Below the pieces are notes generated by a model. It did not search any database. It was given only the letters and a program-made list of their open reading frames with translations, and was not told the origin of the DNA. This document shows, one piece after another, positions 21,391 to 36,689 of a stretch of 64,000 nucleotides of DNA. Position numbers and translations under genes: made by a program. Source of the DNA: the human T2T-CHM13v2.0 reference genome, Homo sapiens. The first letter of the stretch is position 1; each line of letters opens with the position of its first letter. The stretch is taken from assembly GCF_009914755.1 (NCBI RefSeq), contig NC_060947.1. One strand, 5' to 3'.

Positions 21391-21895
21391 CCAGTTGTAC
21401 TTTATGAACACTCAAAACCAAAGCTGGCTCCTTGCCGGCTCAGCATTCCCAAAGAACCAAGCAGGAGCCACGTGGCCTTATCGACCCAACTTTGGAACTC
21501 CTACAGAGTTGTCACCACTGCCCCATTCTAGGAATTACGAGACAGTTAATGAGGACAGCCGAGATTCAAGAGACGGAGCAGGGACTCCAGCTCCCGAAGA
21601 GACAAGTGTGAAAAGAATTTGCAGGCCTGTTTTACAGCCTCTCCAACCCGCCTTTCAAAACTGTGGATGCACAGGCCGCACTGGATGCCCCATTGCGCGG
21701 AGGGCCCACGGAAGACTCAGCAGTGGGTCCCGCGGCTCTACACGTCCCTGGCCCCAGTGGAGGCTTGACAATTGTGAGGTCCTTGAGGAAAAACCAACGT
21801 CTTATTCTGGCTGTAGCCTCCACAGTGCGGTTGTAGTGCTTTGGGTACAGCAAGGGGGAAATAAAAAATAAACGTGGATGGAGATCTGCTGCTTT

Positions 21896-22542
21896 TGAGA
21901 CGTGAAGCCACCTGGACTTCCTGGGTCGAGTGGAGACCCGGAGAACTTTTGTCTAGCTAAAGAATTGTAAAGGCACCAATCAGCACTCTAAAATGGACCA
22001 TTCAGCAGTCTGTAAAATGGACCAATCAGTGCTCTGTAAAATGGACCAATCAGTGCTCTATAAAATGGACCAATCAGCACTCTGTAAAATGGACCAATCA
22101 GCACTCTGTAAAATGGACCAATCAGCACTCTGTAAAATGGACCAATCAGCACTCTGTAAAATGCACCAGTCAGCAGGATGTGGGCGGGGCCAAATAAGGG
22201 AATAAAAGCTGGCCACCTGAGCCAGCTTGTGTCCCCTTCCACGTTGTGGAAACTTTGTTGTTTCACTCTTCACCATAAATCTTGCTGCTGCTCACTCTTT
22301 GGGTCTACACTACCTGTATGAGCTGTAAGACTCACTGCCAAGGTCCGCAGCTTCACTCCTGAAGTCAGCGAGTCTGCGAACCCACCAGAAGGAAAAAACT
22401 CCAGGCACATCTGAACATCTGAAGGAACAAACTCGGGACGCACCATCTTTAAAAGCCCTAACACTCACCGTGAGGGTCTGCGGCTTCATTCTTGAAGTCA
22501 GCGAGACCAAGAACCCACAAGAAGGAATAAATTCTGGACACA
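21896..22542 (+). mobile_element. LTR12 (ERV9; LTR12/LTR12F-like) solo LTR, antisense to DHRSX
   Basis: Starts TGAGACGTGAAGCC and ends ttctggacaCA; tandem 24-bp gaccaatcagcactctgtaaaatg units; U5 'cttcactcctgaagtcagcgag' repeats; flanks cttt/ctct. Confidence 0.92.
21976..22207 (+). promoter_or_regulatory. LTR12 U3 promoter: CCAAT (NF-Y) array, GC box and TATA-like AATAAAA
   Basis: CCAAT at 21976, 22022, 22046, 22070, 22094, 22118, 22142; GGGCGGGG at 22182; AATAAAA at 22201. Activity not shown. Confidence 0.6.
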
Positions 22543-22951
22543 CTCTCACAGAGAATGGTGGCAGGGGAGAGGCACCACCATGCCATTCCAGGCCTGTGGC
22601 CTGCTGAAATCCTCAGGGAGAAATGAGCAGACTGTTCAGGTGCAGTCCTTGCTTCTCACCTGCACACACTTTCCAGCCAGACTCAGTGCTTCCCCCTCCT
22701 ACGTGAATATCTAGCTTTCAAAAAAACTTCCAGGATACAGAGAATTTATTCCCTGAGCTTATGCCTGTAAAACATCAGGAGTATAAACCAACTGGGAGGG
22801 ATCCAATATCAATCAGGGTCCAGTATCAATCAGTCACAAGACACATGTGTATTAAACATTCAACACTCCTACAGTCCTCAAAGCCCATCTAACAAAACAC
22901 TTCTGAGAAGTATGTCAGAATTCACCTCAGGAGTTATCCAGAAAAAAAGCC

Positions 22952-23350
<399 letters not shown>

Positions 23351-23579
23351 CAAAAACACCAGAATAGGTTGCTGTGGGTGGACGGGAAGCTTTGCATTTT
23401 GATGAACTATAAACATCTTTTTCACGATGCCATTTTCCTCATATTTTATTTGATGTGAAGAATCTGGAGACACACAGCTCAATCCGTGCCTGAAGTGTCA
23501 TAAATTCCCAGCTTAGGAGAGACGAGCTTATCATGAACACCTGGCTTATGCATGCATGGTTTTGAAAGGCAGCTTCAGG

Positions 23580-24030
23580 GGGCTGTAAAGCAGGCCTGCA
23601 AATTCTTTTGACACTCGTCTCCTTGGGAGCTAGAGTCTACGCCCCTTCCCTTGAATCTCGGCCATGCTCATTAACTTTCTCGTTAATTCTTTTGTAGAAT
23701 GCCACAGTGGTGTAAACACTGTGTGACTTCCAAAGTTGGGTCAATAAGGTCACGTGGCCCCTGCTTGGTTCTTGGGAATGCTGAGTCTGGGAGGAGCCAG
23801 CTTTGGTTTAAAAAGACTGAGCACCTTCAGCCTGACATGCTGGAGAGGCCCCAGGTACCTGTTCTTGTTGGCCCTCCCAGCTAAGCCCAGGTGACAGGCT
23901 GTACCAGCTTCTTGCCACCAGAGAAAGCTATCCTGGACATCCAACCTGGTCAAGCCTTCAGATAAAGTCAGCCCCAGCTGCAGCCCCACAGGAGACCCCC
24001 CAGGCAGAACTGCCTACATTCCTGTGCCCC
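23580..24030 (+). mobile_element. Old MLT1 (G/H-like) MaLR LTR fragment
   Basis: 'caaattcttttgacactc...ccttcccttgaatct...cagcctgacatgctggagaggcc'. Confidence 0.6.
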
Positions 24031-24039
24031 GAAAGAAAG

Positions 24040-24972
24040 TGAATTCATACAAGCTGTATAGAAAACAGCACGGATGTTCCTCTCAAAGAACTAAAAGCAG
24101 ATCATTTGTTCGATCCAGCAATCCCACTCCTGGGTATCTACCCAAAGGAAAAGAAGTCCTTATATCAAAAAGACACCTGCAGGCCAGGCATGGTGGCTCA
24201 CGCCTGTCATCCCAGCACTTTGGGAGACCAAGGCGGGCAGATCACCTGAGGTCAGGAGTTCGAGAGCAGCCTGGGCAACATGGAGAAACCCCAGAATTGC
24301 TTGAACCCAGGAGGTGGAGGTTGCAGTGAGCCGAGATCGCACCACTGCACTCCAGCCTGGGTGACAGAGCAAGACTCCATCTCAAAAATAAATAAATAAA
24401 TAAAATAAAATAATCAAACAAAACAATACAAAACAAAATACCTGCACCTGTCTGTTTCTTGCAGCACAACTCACAATTGCAAACATACGGAATCAACCTA
24501 AGTACCCCTCCGTGGAGTACTGGATAAAGAAAATGGAATGGAATACTACTAAGCCATTAAAAAGAGTGGAATCGTGTCATTGGCAGTAACTTGGATAGAA
24601 CTGGAGGTTATTATTCTACGTGGAGTCACTCAAGAACAGAAAAGCAAATACACGTTCTCACTTGTAAGTGGGCACTAAGCTCTAGGTATGCTTCTGGCAT
24701 TGAAGGGGCATACGGAATAGAGGAATACACATTAGAGACTGAGGGTGGGGCTGTGAGTGAACCTGTCACCCAGGAAATGGCCACTGTACCCAACAGGTGG
24801 TTTTTCATCCCCTGCCTCCCTCCCCCTACCTTCTAGCAGTCAAGAGTTTCTGCTCTTCCCATCTTTGTGTCCATGAGTACCCGCTGTGTACCTTCCAGGT
24901 GTAAGTCAGAACATGCAGTATTTGGTTTTCTGTTTCTGTGCTGGTTCTCTTAGGATAATGGCTTGCAGCTCT
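24040..24972. mobile_element. L1 3'-end fragments (plus 24040-24745 with an Alu at 24182-24440; minus 24755-24972)
   Basis: 'gatccagcaatcccactcctgggtatctacccaaagga' and 'gaacatgcagtatttggttttctgtttctgtg' L1 signatures. Confidence 0.8.
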
Positions 24973-25229
24973 GAGCAAATTCTTGGTGACAACAGCATCG
25001 TTGGGGAAGGTATCTTTTGCAAGAGCAGAGGGGACAGTGCTTCTGTGCAGGCAGGTGGTGACCTGTGCTCCAGATGAATCCGAGCCGTGCTAGGGACTCG
25101 CCTGGCGGGGAAGCTGCGTGCGAATTCCTGCGCCGTGGTGAATGCAGCAGCCACGCGCAGGGGCCCTGGATGCTGATAATTCATCGTTAGTGAGCTACTG
25201 CGAGTAATTACGTTTATTCCTATTTTATT

Positions 25230-25922
<693 letters not shown>

Positions 25923-26407
25923 ACGCACCCGTATTTTAAACCACAGTGTCACGGAGACGTTTCTAGGCAGCAAACCCACCTGAAACGCTGATATTTACGG
26001 AACGAAAGCCTGACATATTCTGAAGGAGAAATTGTTTTGTTGTTGAGTTCTTTGCCAGTGGCTTTAGGTATTAATTTTCCTCTTCCTATGTAAGCAGAGC
26101 ATTGAAAGACCAGATTGGTGCCAGGTAGAGAGATTGGATGGGTGCCTGAGATGCCTGTTAGGAGGCCATTATCATGGCCTAGGAAGAGATGATGGTACCC
26201 CAGAGGAGGGATTGACGGAAGTCCGAAATGCAGAATTGAGTACTAGTTAGACAATCGACGGCAAATTCAAATGCCTGTAGGCTTTTGTATGTGTTTTAAA
26301 TTTTCCATAATCATGTTTTTTTCGGCATCAGTAAAATTCTATTTATTTATTTTTGTCAAGTTATTATTTTCTTTTAAATCAAAGGAAAGTATAAAAAAGG
26401 TGCACAG

Positions 26408-27333
<926 letters not shown>

Positions 27334-27549
27334 TGTTTCTTAAAATTTCAATAATTTTTGGGAAACCAGTGGTTTTGGGCTACATGGATACATTCTTTTG
27401 TGGTGACTTCTGAGATTTTGTTGCACAAGTTTTAATCATCAGCAAATATACTGATGTTTCATTGCGAATTTTGTAAGGAATAAGAAAACCCTGTGGCCAC
27501 GTCAGTGTATCGGGTGCCGTCCACGTTAGGAGCATTCACAGAATCTGTC

Positions 27550-27750
27550 TCTTCGCCAATTCAAAGGTGGAGAATACACAATAGAACTATCGTTCATTGA
27601 TCTGCGAATCGAAAGGTGGAAAATACAGAATAAAACTATCGTCCATCGATCTGCCAATTCAAAGGTGGAAAATAAACAGTAAAATTATCGTCCATTGATC
27701 TGCCAATTCAAAGGTGGAAAATACGCAATACAATTATCGTTCATTGGTCT
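27550..27750. repeat. 49-bp minisatellite x4
   Basis: aaaggtgga core at 27563, 27612, 27661, 27710. Confidence 0.93.
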
Positions 27751-27904
27751 GTGCACCTAATGGCATTTTACTGGGGAGTGAACGCTCAGGGTCACAATCA
27801 CATATTGTGCCTGAAGCAGTGAACACAGGTGAGGTGTATCCTGAACGGGAGGAGAAGGGAGAGTTCTCCGCTCTCCAAGCGGAGGAGTGATGGGGATGAA
27901 AGGG

Positions 27905-30392
27905 CAATCAGAGAGAGAGAGAGGAGAGAGAGAGGGAGGGCAAAGAAGGAAGAGAGAAGGAGAGGGAGGAAATAGGGAGAAAGAGAGACAAAGAGAGATG
28001 GAGAGGGAACAGGGAGAGAGAGGGAGGGCAAACGAGAGGGAGAGAGGAGGAGAGGGAGGAAATAGGGGGAAAGAGAGAAAGAGAGATGGAGAGGGAACAG
28101 GGAGAGAGAGGGAGGGCAAACGAGAGGGAGAGAGGAGGAGAGGGAGGAAATAGGGGGAAAGAGAGAAAGAGAGATGGAGAGGGAACAGGGAGAGAGAGGG
28201 AGGGCAAACGAGAGAGGGAGAGAGAAGGAAGAGGAGGAAATGGGGGAAAGAGAGAGAAAGAGAGATGGAGAGGGAACAGGGAGAGAGAGGGAGGGCAAAC
28301 GAGAGAGGGAGAGAGAAGGAAGAGGAGGAAATGGGGGAAAGAGAGAGAAAGAGAGATGGAGAGGGAACAGGGAGAGAGAGGGAGGGCAAACGAGAGAGGG
28401 AGAGAGAAGGAAGAGGAGGAAATGGGGGAAAGAGAGAGAAAGAGAGATGGAGAGGGAACAGGGAGAGAGAGGGAGGGCAAACAAGAAAGGAAGAGAGAAG
28501 GAAGAGGAGGAAATGGGGGAAAGAGAGAGAAAGAGAGATGGAGAGGGAACAGGGAGAGAGAGGGAGGGCAAACGAGAGGGAGAGAGAAGGAGAGGGAGGA
28601 AATAGGGGGAAAGAGAGAAAGAGAGATGGAGAGGGAACAGGGAGAGAGAGGGAGGGCAAACGAGAGAGGGAGAGAGAAGGAAGAGGAGGAAATGGGGGAA
28701 AGAGAGAGAAAGAGAGATGGAGAGGGAACAGGGAGAGAGAGGGAGGGCAAACGAGAGAGGGAGAGAGAAGGAAGAGGAGGAAATGGGGGAAAGAGAGAGA
28801 AAGAGAGATGGAGAGGGAACAGGGAGAGAGAGGGAGGGCAAACGAGAGAGGGAGAGAGAAGGAGAGGGAGGAAATAGGGGGAAAGAGAGAAAGAGAGATG
28901 GAGAGGGAACAGGGAGAGAGAGGGAGGGCAAACGAGAGAGGGAGAGAGAAGGAAGAGGAGGAAATGGGGGAAAGAGAGAGAAAGAGAGATGGAGAGGGAA
29001 CAGGGAGAGAGAGGGAGGGCAAACGAGAGAGGGAGAGAGAAGGAAGAGGAGGAAATGGGGGAAAGAGAGAGAAAGAGAGATGGAGAGGGAACAGGGAGAG
29101 AGAGGGAGGGCAAACGAGAGAGGGAGAGAGAAGGAGAGGGAGGAAATAGGGGGAAAGAGAGAAAGAGAGATGGAGAGGGAACAGGGAGAGAGAGGGAGGG
29201 CAAACGAGAGAGGGAGAGAGAAGGAAGAGGAGGAAATGGGGGAAAGAGAGAGAAAGAGAGATGGAGAGGGAACAGGGAGAGAGAGGGAGGGCAAACGAGA
29301 GAGGGAGAGAGAAGGAGAGGGAGGAAATAGGGGGAAAGAGAGAAAGAGAGATGGAGAGGGAACAGGGAGAGAGAGGGAGGGCAAACGAGAGAGGGAGAGA
29401 GAAGGAAGAGGAGGAAATGGGGGAAAGAGAGAGAAAGAGAGATGGAGAGGGAACAGGGAGAGAGAGGGAGGGCAAACGAGAGAGGGAGAGAGAAGGAAGA
29501 GGAGGAAATGGGGGAAAGAGAGAGAAAGAGAGATGGAGAGGGAACAGGGAGAGAGAGGGAGGGCAAACGAGAGAGGGAGAGAGAAGGAAGAGGAGGAAAT
29601 GGGGGAAAGAGAGAAAGAGAGATGGAGAGGGAACAGGGAGAGAGAGGGAGGGCAAACGAGAGAGGGAGAGAGAAGGAGAGGGAGGAAATAAGGGGAGAGA
29701 GAGAAAGAGACAGAGAGAAAGAGAGAAAGGGGGAGAGAAGGAAGGCAAAGGAGAGAGGAGGAGAGATGGGGGAAGGAGGAAAGAGAGAGAAGTGGGACAC
29801 AGAGGAAGACAAAGGAGATAGACAAGGGGAGAGACAGGAAGAGAAAGGAGATAGGGAGAAGAGGGAGGGTGTGCGAGAGGGAAACAGAAAGGGAGAGAGA
29901 GAAGAAAGAGGGGAGAGAGAAGAAAGAGGGGAGGGAGAGAAGAAGGGAAAGGGAGGGAGAGAGGGAGAGAGAGAATGGGAGAAAAGGAGAGAGAGAAGAG
30001 GGGAGAAAGAGGGAGAGAGGGAAGGAAGGAGAGAGGGAGGGAGGGAGAGGGAGAATGGGAGAGAGAGAAGAGGGGAGAAAGCGAGGGAGGGAGGGGGAGA
30101 GAGAGAAGAAAGAGAGAAGAGAGAAAGAGAGGGAGAGAGAGGGAGAAAGGGAGAGAGAGAAGGGAGAAGGGGAGAGAGAGGGGGAGAGAGGGAGGGAGGA
30201 GGGAGAAGGGAGGTCGAGAGCAAAATAGTAGAAGCGGGGATGGGGTAGACTGAGGAGAGAGAGAGACAGAGAGAAAAAGCAAAAGAGAGGAAAAGTGAGA
30301 CAGTGAAGAGGTGGAAAGAGAGAATGACAGAGAGACGGGGAGAAGGAGGAGAGAGAGACAGAGAGTTACAGAAAGAGAGAGAGAGAGGAGAA
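27905..30392. repeat. 2.5-kb polypurine (GA) tract with an 88-91 bp tandem repeat x ~19
   Basis: 'atggagagggaacagggagagagagggagggcaaac' at 27998, 28086 ... 29622; degenerate GA beyond 29700. Confidence 0.97.
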
Positions 30393-31029
30393 AAGCATTT
30401 GAGTAACTGAAAAACCACTGCTTCTCAACCCACTTCCTAGAATCTCGGGAGGGCGGTGGGAAGGATGGAGCCAGTCCAGGGAGGCTATGGGACGGACGCC
30501 CTGAACATCTAGCCTTCTCTGGCAGGGAACAGCCTGCCGCAGAGTCACAACAGACCACATCCCATGCTGCTGCCAACACCAACACTAAAAGAACATCCAA
30601 ATGCCTCCTGTTCAGAGAAGGCGCCATCGGGAGAGGCAGAGGAAACCAGTACGGAACAGAAAGCTACTCTATCCACAGGAGAGCAGCTCTGGAAGAGAAG
30701 CAAACAGAAGGCACGCAGAATAAATGGTCTACACCTGTGCAGACTCAAGGATCCGCTGACGAATGCATGCGCCGCGATGCAACACTTTCCGTCTTCCCGG
30801 GAGGGAGACCAGATGACTGTGGAGCCCGAGTCACATAGAAAATGCCAGGCGCCCACAAAGACAGGAGATGGCTGCTCAGGTGTCCGTCCACCAAAAAGTG
30901 GGTCCTCAGTAAGGACCGGCTCCACTGCACCTCAGTCTTCTGTTGATGCAGAACTGCACACCTGGGCTTCCCCGAATGAATCTTCCTTAACTCTCATGGG
31001 TCTTGTAGGTGCCCTGTGCCCATTTGCTC

Positions 31030-31712
31030 ATTTGAATGAACTCATTAGAATTCATTCATTCATTTGATTCCATTCATTCATTTGCATCATTTGAATTCAT
31101 TCCTTCTTTTGAATTCACTTGTTCCTTTGAATTCATTCATTCACTTGAATTTATTCATTTAAATTCACTCATTTGAATTCATTCATTCATTCCTTTGAAT
31201 TTGTTCATTCCTTTGAATTCACTCATTCCTTTGAATTCACTCATTCCTTTGAATTCACTCATTCCTTTGAATTCATTCATTCATTCCTCTGAATTTATTC
31301 ATTCCTTTGAATTCATTCGTTCCTTTGACTTCATTTGTTCATTCATTTGAATTCATTCCTTCATTTGAATTTATTCATTCCCTTGAATTCATTCAGATTC
31401 ACTCATTTGAATTCATTCATTCATTCCTTTGAATTCATTCCTTTGAATTCATACATTCCTTTCAATTCCTTTAGTCCTTTGAATTCATTCGTTCCTTTGA
31501 ATTCATTTGTTCATTCATTAGAATTCATTCATTCCTTAGAATTAATTCATTTGAATTCATTTGTTCATTCCTTTGAATTCATTTGCATTCATTCATTCCT
31601 CTGAATTCATTCATTCATTTGAATTCTTTCATTCATTCAAATTCACTCATTTGAATTCATTCAAGTGAATGAATGAATTTGAATGAATGAATGAATGAAT
31701 GAATGGGTGAAT
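31030..31712. repeat. (ATTC)n/(GAAT)n-based low-complexity repeat with orientation flip at ~31665
   Basis: Dense gaattcattcattcctttgaa units, then (gaat)n. Confidence 0.92.
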
Positions 31713-32328
31713 GAAGAACTGTACCAAAAAACACGAGTCTTTAGGTCTCTGGCCAGGGAAGAATCATTGTTATTTTTCAGGGTCACCCTGTATCGTGGAC
31801 GTATTTCTTTGGTGGTAGGAAAAATAATGCTTAGTAATTCATTATCTCAGAAAGAAATTCATCCATTAGAGTTATGGGAAGATGGCTGACAAGGATAAAT
31901 CTATAAATCCTCTGCATTATTAAAAATCTATCAATTTTCAGACATGGGGATGGGAAGCTAGATAAATACAATTTTGAAGTGAATAAACCATAAATACCGG
32001 CTCTGCAGGAGGTCTATTATTGATTTATTCTTGTGCTTGATAAATCATCGCGTTGCCTCTGAGCTTCCCACAGCAGCCAGACAGAGGCAGTCAGGTTCTA
32101 TTTTCAACCCACTAGCAAATGAAAAAGATATTCTATGTCTGAAGTATTTAATGTTTGCAAAACCTTGATTGCTCTAAGAATAAAAAAAGAAAAGCACGAA
32201 GTGTAGCTCCTTCTTGCCTTGGAAGTCACCCTGGCTGAGCTCAGCTGGGGCTGTTTTCCATGAGACTTGAGGCACGTGGTTGACTAGCAGGAGTTTTGGA
32301 GGGAAGGTTCTGGGGAAATAGTTTAGGG

Positions 32329-32918
32329 CAGCAGTCTCCAACCTTTTTGGCACCAGGGACCACTTTTGTGAAAGACAATTTTCTGAAGACAGAAGGTGGA
32401 GGTGGAATGTGGGGATGGTTTTGGGATGATTCCGGGGCATGACATTTATTGTACACTTTATTTGTATTATTATTACATTGTACTATATAATGAAATAATT
32501 CTACAAGTCGCCATCATATAGAATCAGTGGGAGCCCTGAGCTTGTTTTCCTGTGACTAGACAGTCCCATCTGGGGGTGATGGGAGACAGTGACAGATCAT
32601 CAGGAATTAGATTCCATAAGGAGCACACAACCTAGATCCTTCCCATGCACAGATCATCAGGCTTTAGCTTTTCATAAGGAGTGCACAACCTAAGTCCCTC
32701 ACATGCACAGTTCACAGTAGGGTTTGTGCTCCTATAAGAATCTAATGCTGCTGCTGATCTGACAGGAGGCAGAGCTCAGGCAGTCATGTGAACAATGGGG
32801 AGTGGCTGTAAATACAGATGAAGCTTTGCTTGTTCACTTGCCACTCACCTTCTGCTGTGCGGCCGGTGTCCTAACAGGCCATGGACTGGTACTATGACCT
32901 GGGGGTTGGACAGCCCTG
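32329..32918 (+). mobile_element. MER1A hAT-Charlie DNA transposon with an internal ~58-bp duplication
   Basis: Terminal inverted repeats cagcagtctccaacc...ggttggacagccctg; perfect 8-bp TSD GTTTAGGG at 32321-32328 and 32919-32926. Confidence 0.9.
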
Positions 32919-33050
32919 GTTTAGGGGTCTGCAGACCCCCTACTAGCCTCTTAGACACTAAAAGTACCACCACTGGAGTCCTTCCCTGAGGCTGCCTATA
33001 AATAGAAACTCTATTTACATAAGTTGACACCAGCAATATCCCAAACATAC

Positions 33051-33692
33051 AATCCAGCAATCTCATTTGCACACAACGAAGAAGAATTCTGATGCACAAA
33101 CCAACGAGAAAAATCCTTGATTTCTTCTCTAAGTCAAGGTACATCTGGCCCAAGCTTCAGCACACCAGCTGGTGATGAACCCATTCTCAGCGTTGACTGT
33201 ATAGAATCCAGCCTTCTCATTTGCACACAACGAAGATGAATTCTGATGCATAAACCAAGGCATGCAACAAATGAGAAAAATCCTTTACTTCTTCTCTAAA
33301 TCAACGTACATCTGGCTCAAGCCTCCAGCACAAGAGCTGGTGATGAATCCATTCTCAACGCTGACTGTGTAGAATCCAGCCTTCTCATTTGCACACCACG
33401 AAGATGAATTCTGATGCACAAACTAAGGCATGCAATAAATGAGAAAAATACTTTGCTTCTTCCCTAAATCCAGGTACATCAGACCCAGGCCTCCAGCACA
33501 CGGGCTTGTGCTGAATCCATTCTCAGTGCTGACTGTATAGAATCCAGCCTCGTCATTTGCACACCATGAAGATGAATTCTGATGCACAAACCAAGGCAAA
33601 AAATGCTTTACTTCCTCTCTAAATCAAGGTTCATCTGGCCCAAGCCTCCAGCACACAGGCTGGTGATGAATCCATTCTCAGCATAGACTGTG
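33051..33692. repeat. About 167-bp tandem repeat x4
   Basis: 'aatccagc..ctcatttgcacac.acgaagatgaattctgatgca' starts at 33051, 33206, 33373, 33541. Confidence 0.93.
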
Positions 33693-34484
33693 CCATCTGG
33701 GCTACTTCTGGCTTGAGGAGCACTTATCCCTGCAGCTTTCCATCCACCCTGGGTACCTCGGGAGGCCCCTTTCCAAGCCCATGGGCTTCACGAAGCTCCA
33801 TGGTTCTGTTGCATTTCCAAGAGAACCAAGAGGATTTGTCAACAAGAGACTGCCTCTCTGCATTTCTGTCTTCTTGTGAAGAGTGGGCAATGGGTATTCA
33901 ACACAGCCTCCAAAAGCGAAGTCTCCAGCTCTTTTCTAGAAGCTTCTGTCTGTACCCACAGAGGAAAAAAAAAAAAAATCCAGATCCTCTGCAACTGAGC
34001 TCTTCTCAACAGTGACCCCAGGGACAAGATGAACCTTAGTCAGCCACAAAAACCTATAGGGAGTCCAGGAAAGCCACAGCCTGAGCAACCTCTTGAAAGA
34101 TGTAGAACAAAAAGATAAAAGGAAGAAAGTGCAAAGTGTTATTTCAAGCCATCATCTTGTAACAAATGGATTCTCATTATCACCTCCTGGAAATGGTGTT
34201 CTGAGCAGCACAGGCTGGGGAATTCCAGGGAGGCGTGTGACTTGGGGTGCAATCTTCTCTGTACTTTACAAGACTGTGTTGTCACATTGCAAGAGGTGTG
34301 TTTTCTAAGGCAGAACATTTCACAGAATGATTATTGGTCCAATGTTTGTTTCCGTTGCTAAAGTATGATTTCTATGAGGTCAAGAATCTTGCTTATTATT
34401 TTATTTTTCCTGCAAGCGAAGTATGTGAAGGGCAGAGTAGGTAGGTATGGCAGGTTAAATAATGCACAACTCAAGATGTCCAGG

Positions 34485-35179
34485 TCCACATTATTCATGT
34501 GGGAGACAGAATCATGACCCCAAAAATGCCCACACTGTAATCCCCATGTGGGAGACACAATAATGGCCCCAAAGATGTCCACATCCTAATCCTCAGGTGG
34601 AAGACAGAATAATGGCCCCAAAAATGTCCACATCCTAATCCTCATGTGGAAGACAGAATAATGACCCAAAGATGTCCACATCCCAATCCTCATGTGGAAG
34701 ACAAAATAATGGCCCTGAAGATGTCCACATCCTAATCCCCATGTGGTAGACAGAATAATGGCCCCAAAGATGTCCACATCCCAATCCCCATGTGGTACAC
34801 AGAATAATGGCCCCGAAGATGTCCATATCCGAATCCCCATGTGGGAGACAGAATAATGGCCCCGAAGATGTCCATATCCAAATCCCCATGTGGAAGACAG
34901 AATAATGGCCCCAAAGATGTCCACATCCTAATCCCCATGTGGAAGCCGAACAATGGCCCCAAAGATGTCCATATGTTAATTCCCATGTGGTAGATAGAAT
35001 AATAGCCCCAAAGATGTTCACATTCTAATCCTCATGTGGGAAACAGAATAATGGCCCCAAAGATGTCCACATCCTAATCCTCATGTGGAAGACTGAATAA
35101 TGGCTCTAAAGATGTCCACAGACTAATTCTCATGTGGTCGACACAATAATGACCCCAGAGATGCCCACAACCTATTCCC

Positions 35180-35180
<1 letters not shown>
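34485..35180 (+). repeat. 44-bp minisatellite x ~15 derived from the 5' end of an MLT1 LTR
   Basis: Unit atgtggaagacagaataatggccccaaagatgtccacatcctaatcc(c/t)c. Confidence 0.93.
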
Positions 35181-35895
<715 letters not shown>

Positions 35896-36394
35896 GTCAG
35901 CCATAGACTCAGGAATTTCACACTGGACTTACTGGCTTGAGGTGCCTCTGAGGCATTGAGCGAAGGTAAAAGGTCTTAGCATGGAAGAAAGGTCTAGATA
36001 AGTCTAGGAAGAAGTAAACCCAATATGTGCATGAGATTTTCTACAGAAGAGATAGGGTACAGAGACAATCCAACAACAAGACCCTTTTGATTCAAATTCA
36101 ACCCTGTCCCAGTTTCCAGAATATTTTTGTTTGTTTCTGAGAGCCCTGTGTGCCTTGTTTAAAATCTGTTGAGAAAAGGAACAGAGGAGAATCCTAGGAA
36201 TGCAATAGCCATTTCAAAAGGTAAACGTGGTGGTTGAGTGATGGAGTATACGCTGGTTAGCCTGTGTCAACTGGTGTTAGCCTGTATCCACTGTCACAGA
36301 TGTGGTTCATATACACATTGCTCAGTAAAATTCTGCTCCCCCCAGAACACAGTAAGATTCTGCTGGAGAAACATATCATATCTGACATTCCTAA

Positions 36395-36689
<295 letters not shown>

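Noticed and set aside
27757-30627. 956/836/675-aa Ser/Leu/Pro-rich ORFs and Glu/Arg/Gly-rich opposite-strand ORFs
   Set aside because: Translation of a CT/GA tandem repeat that cannot contain stop codons
33051-33692. Alpha-satellite identity for the ~167-bp repeat
   Set aside because: No CENP-B box or alphoid similarity recognised
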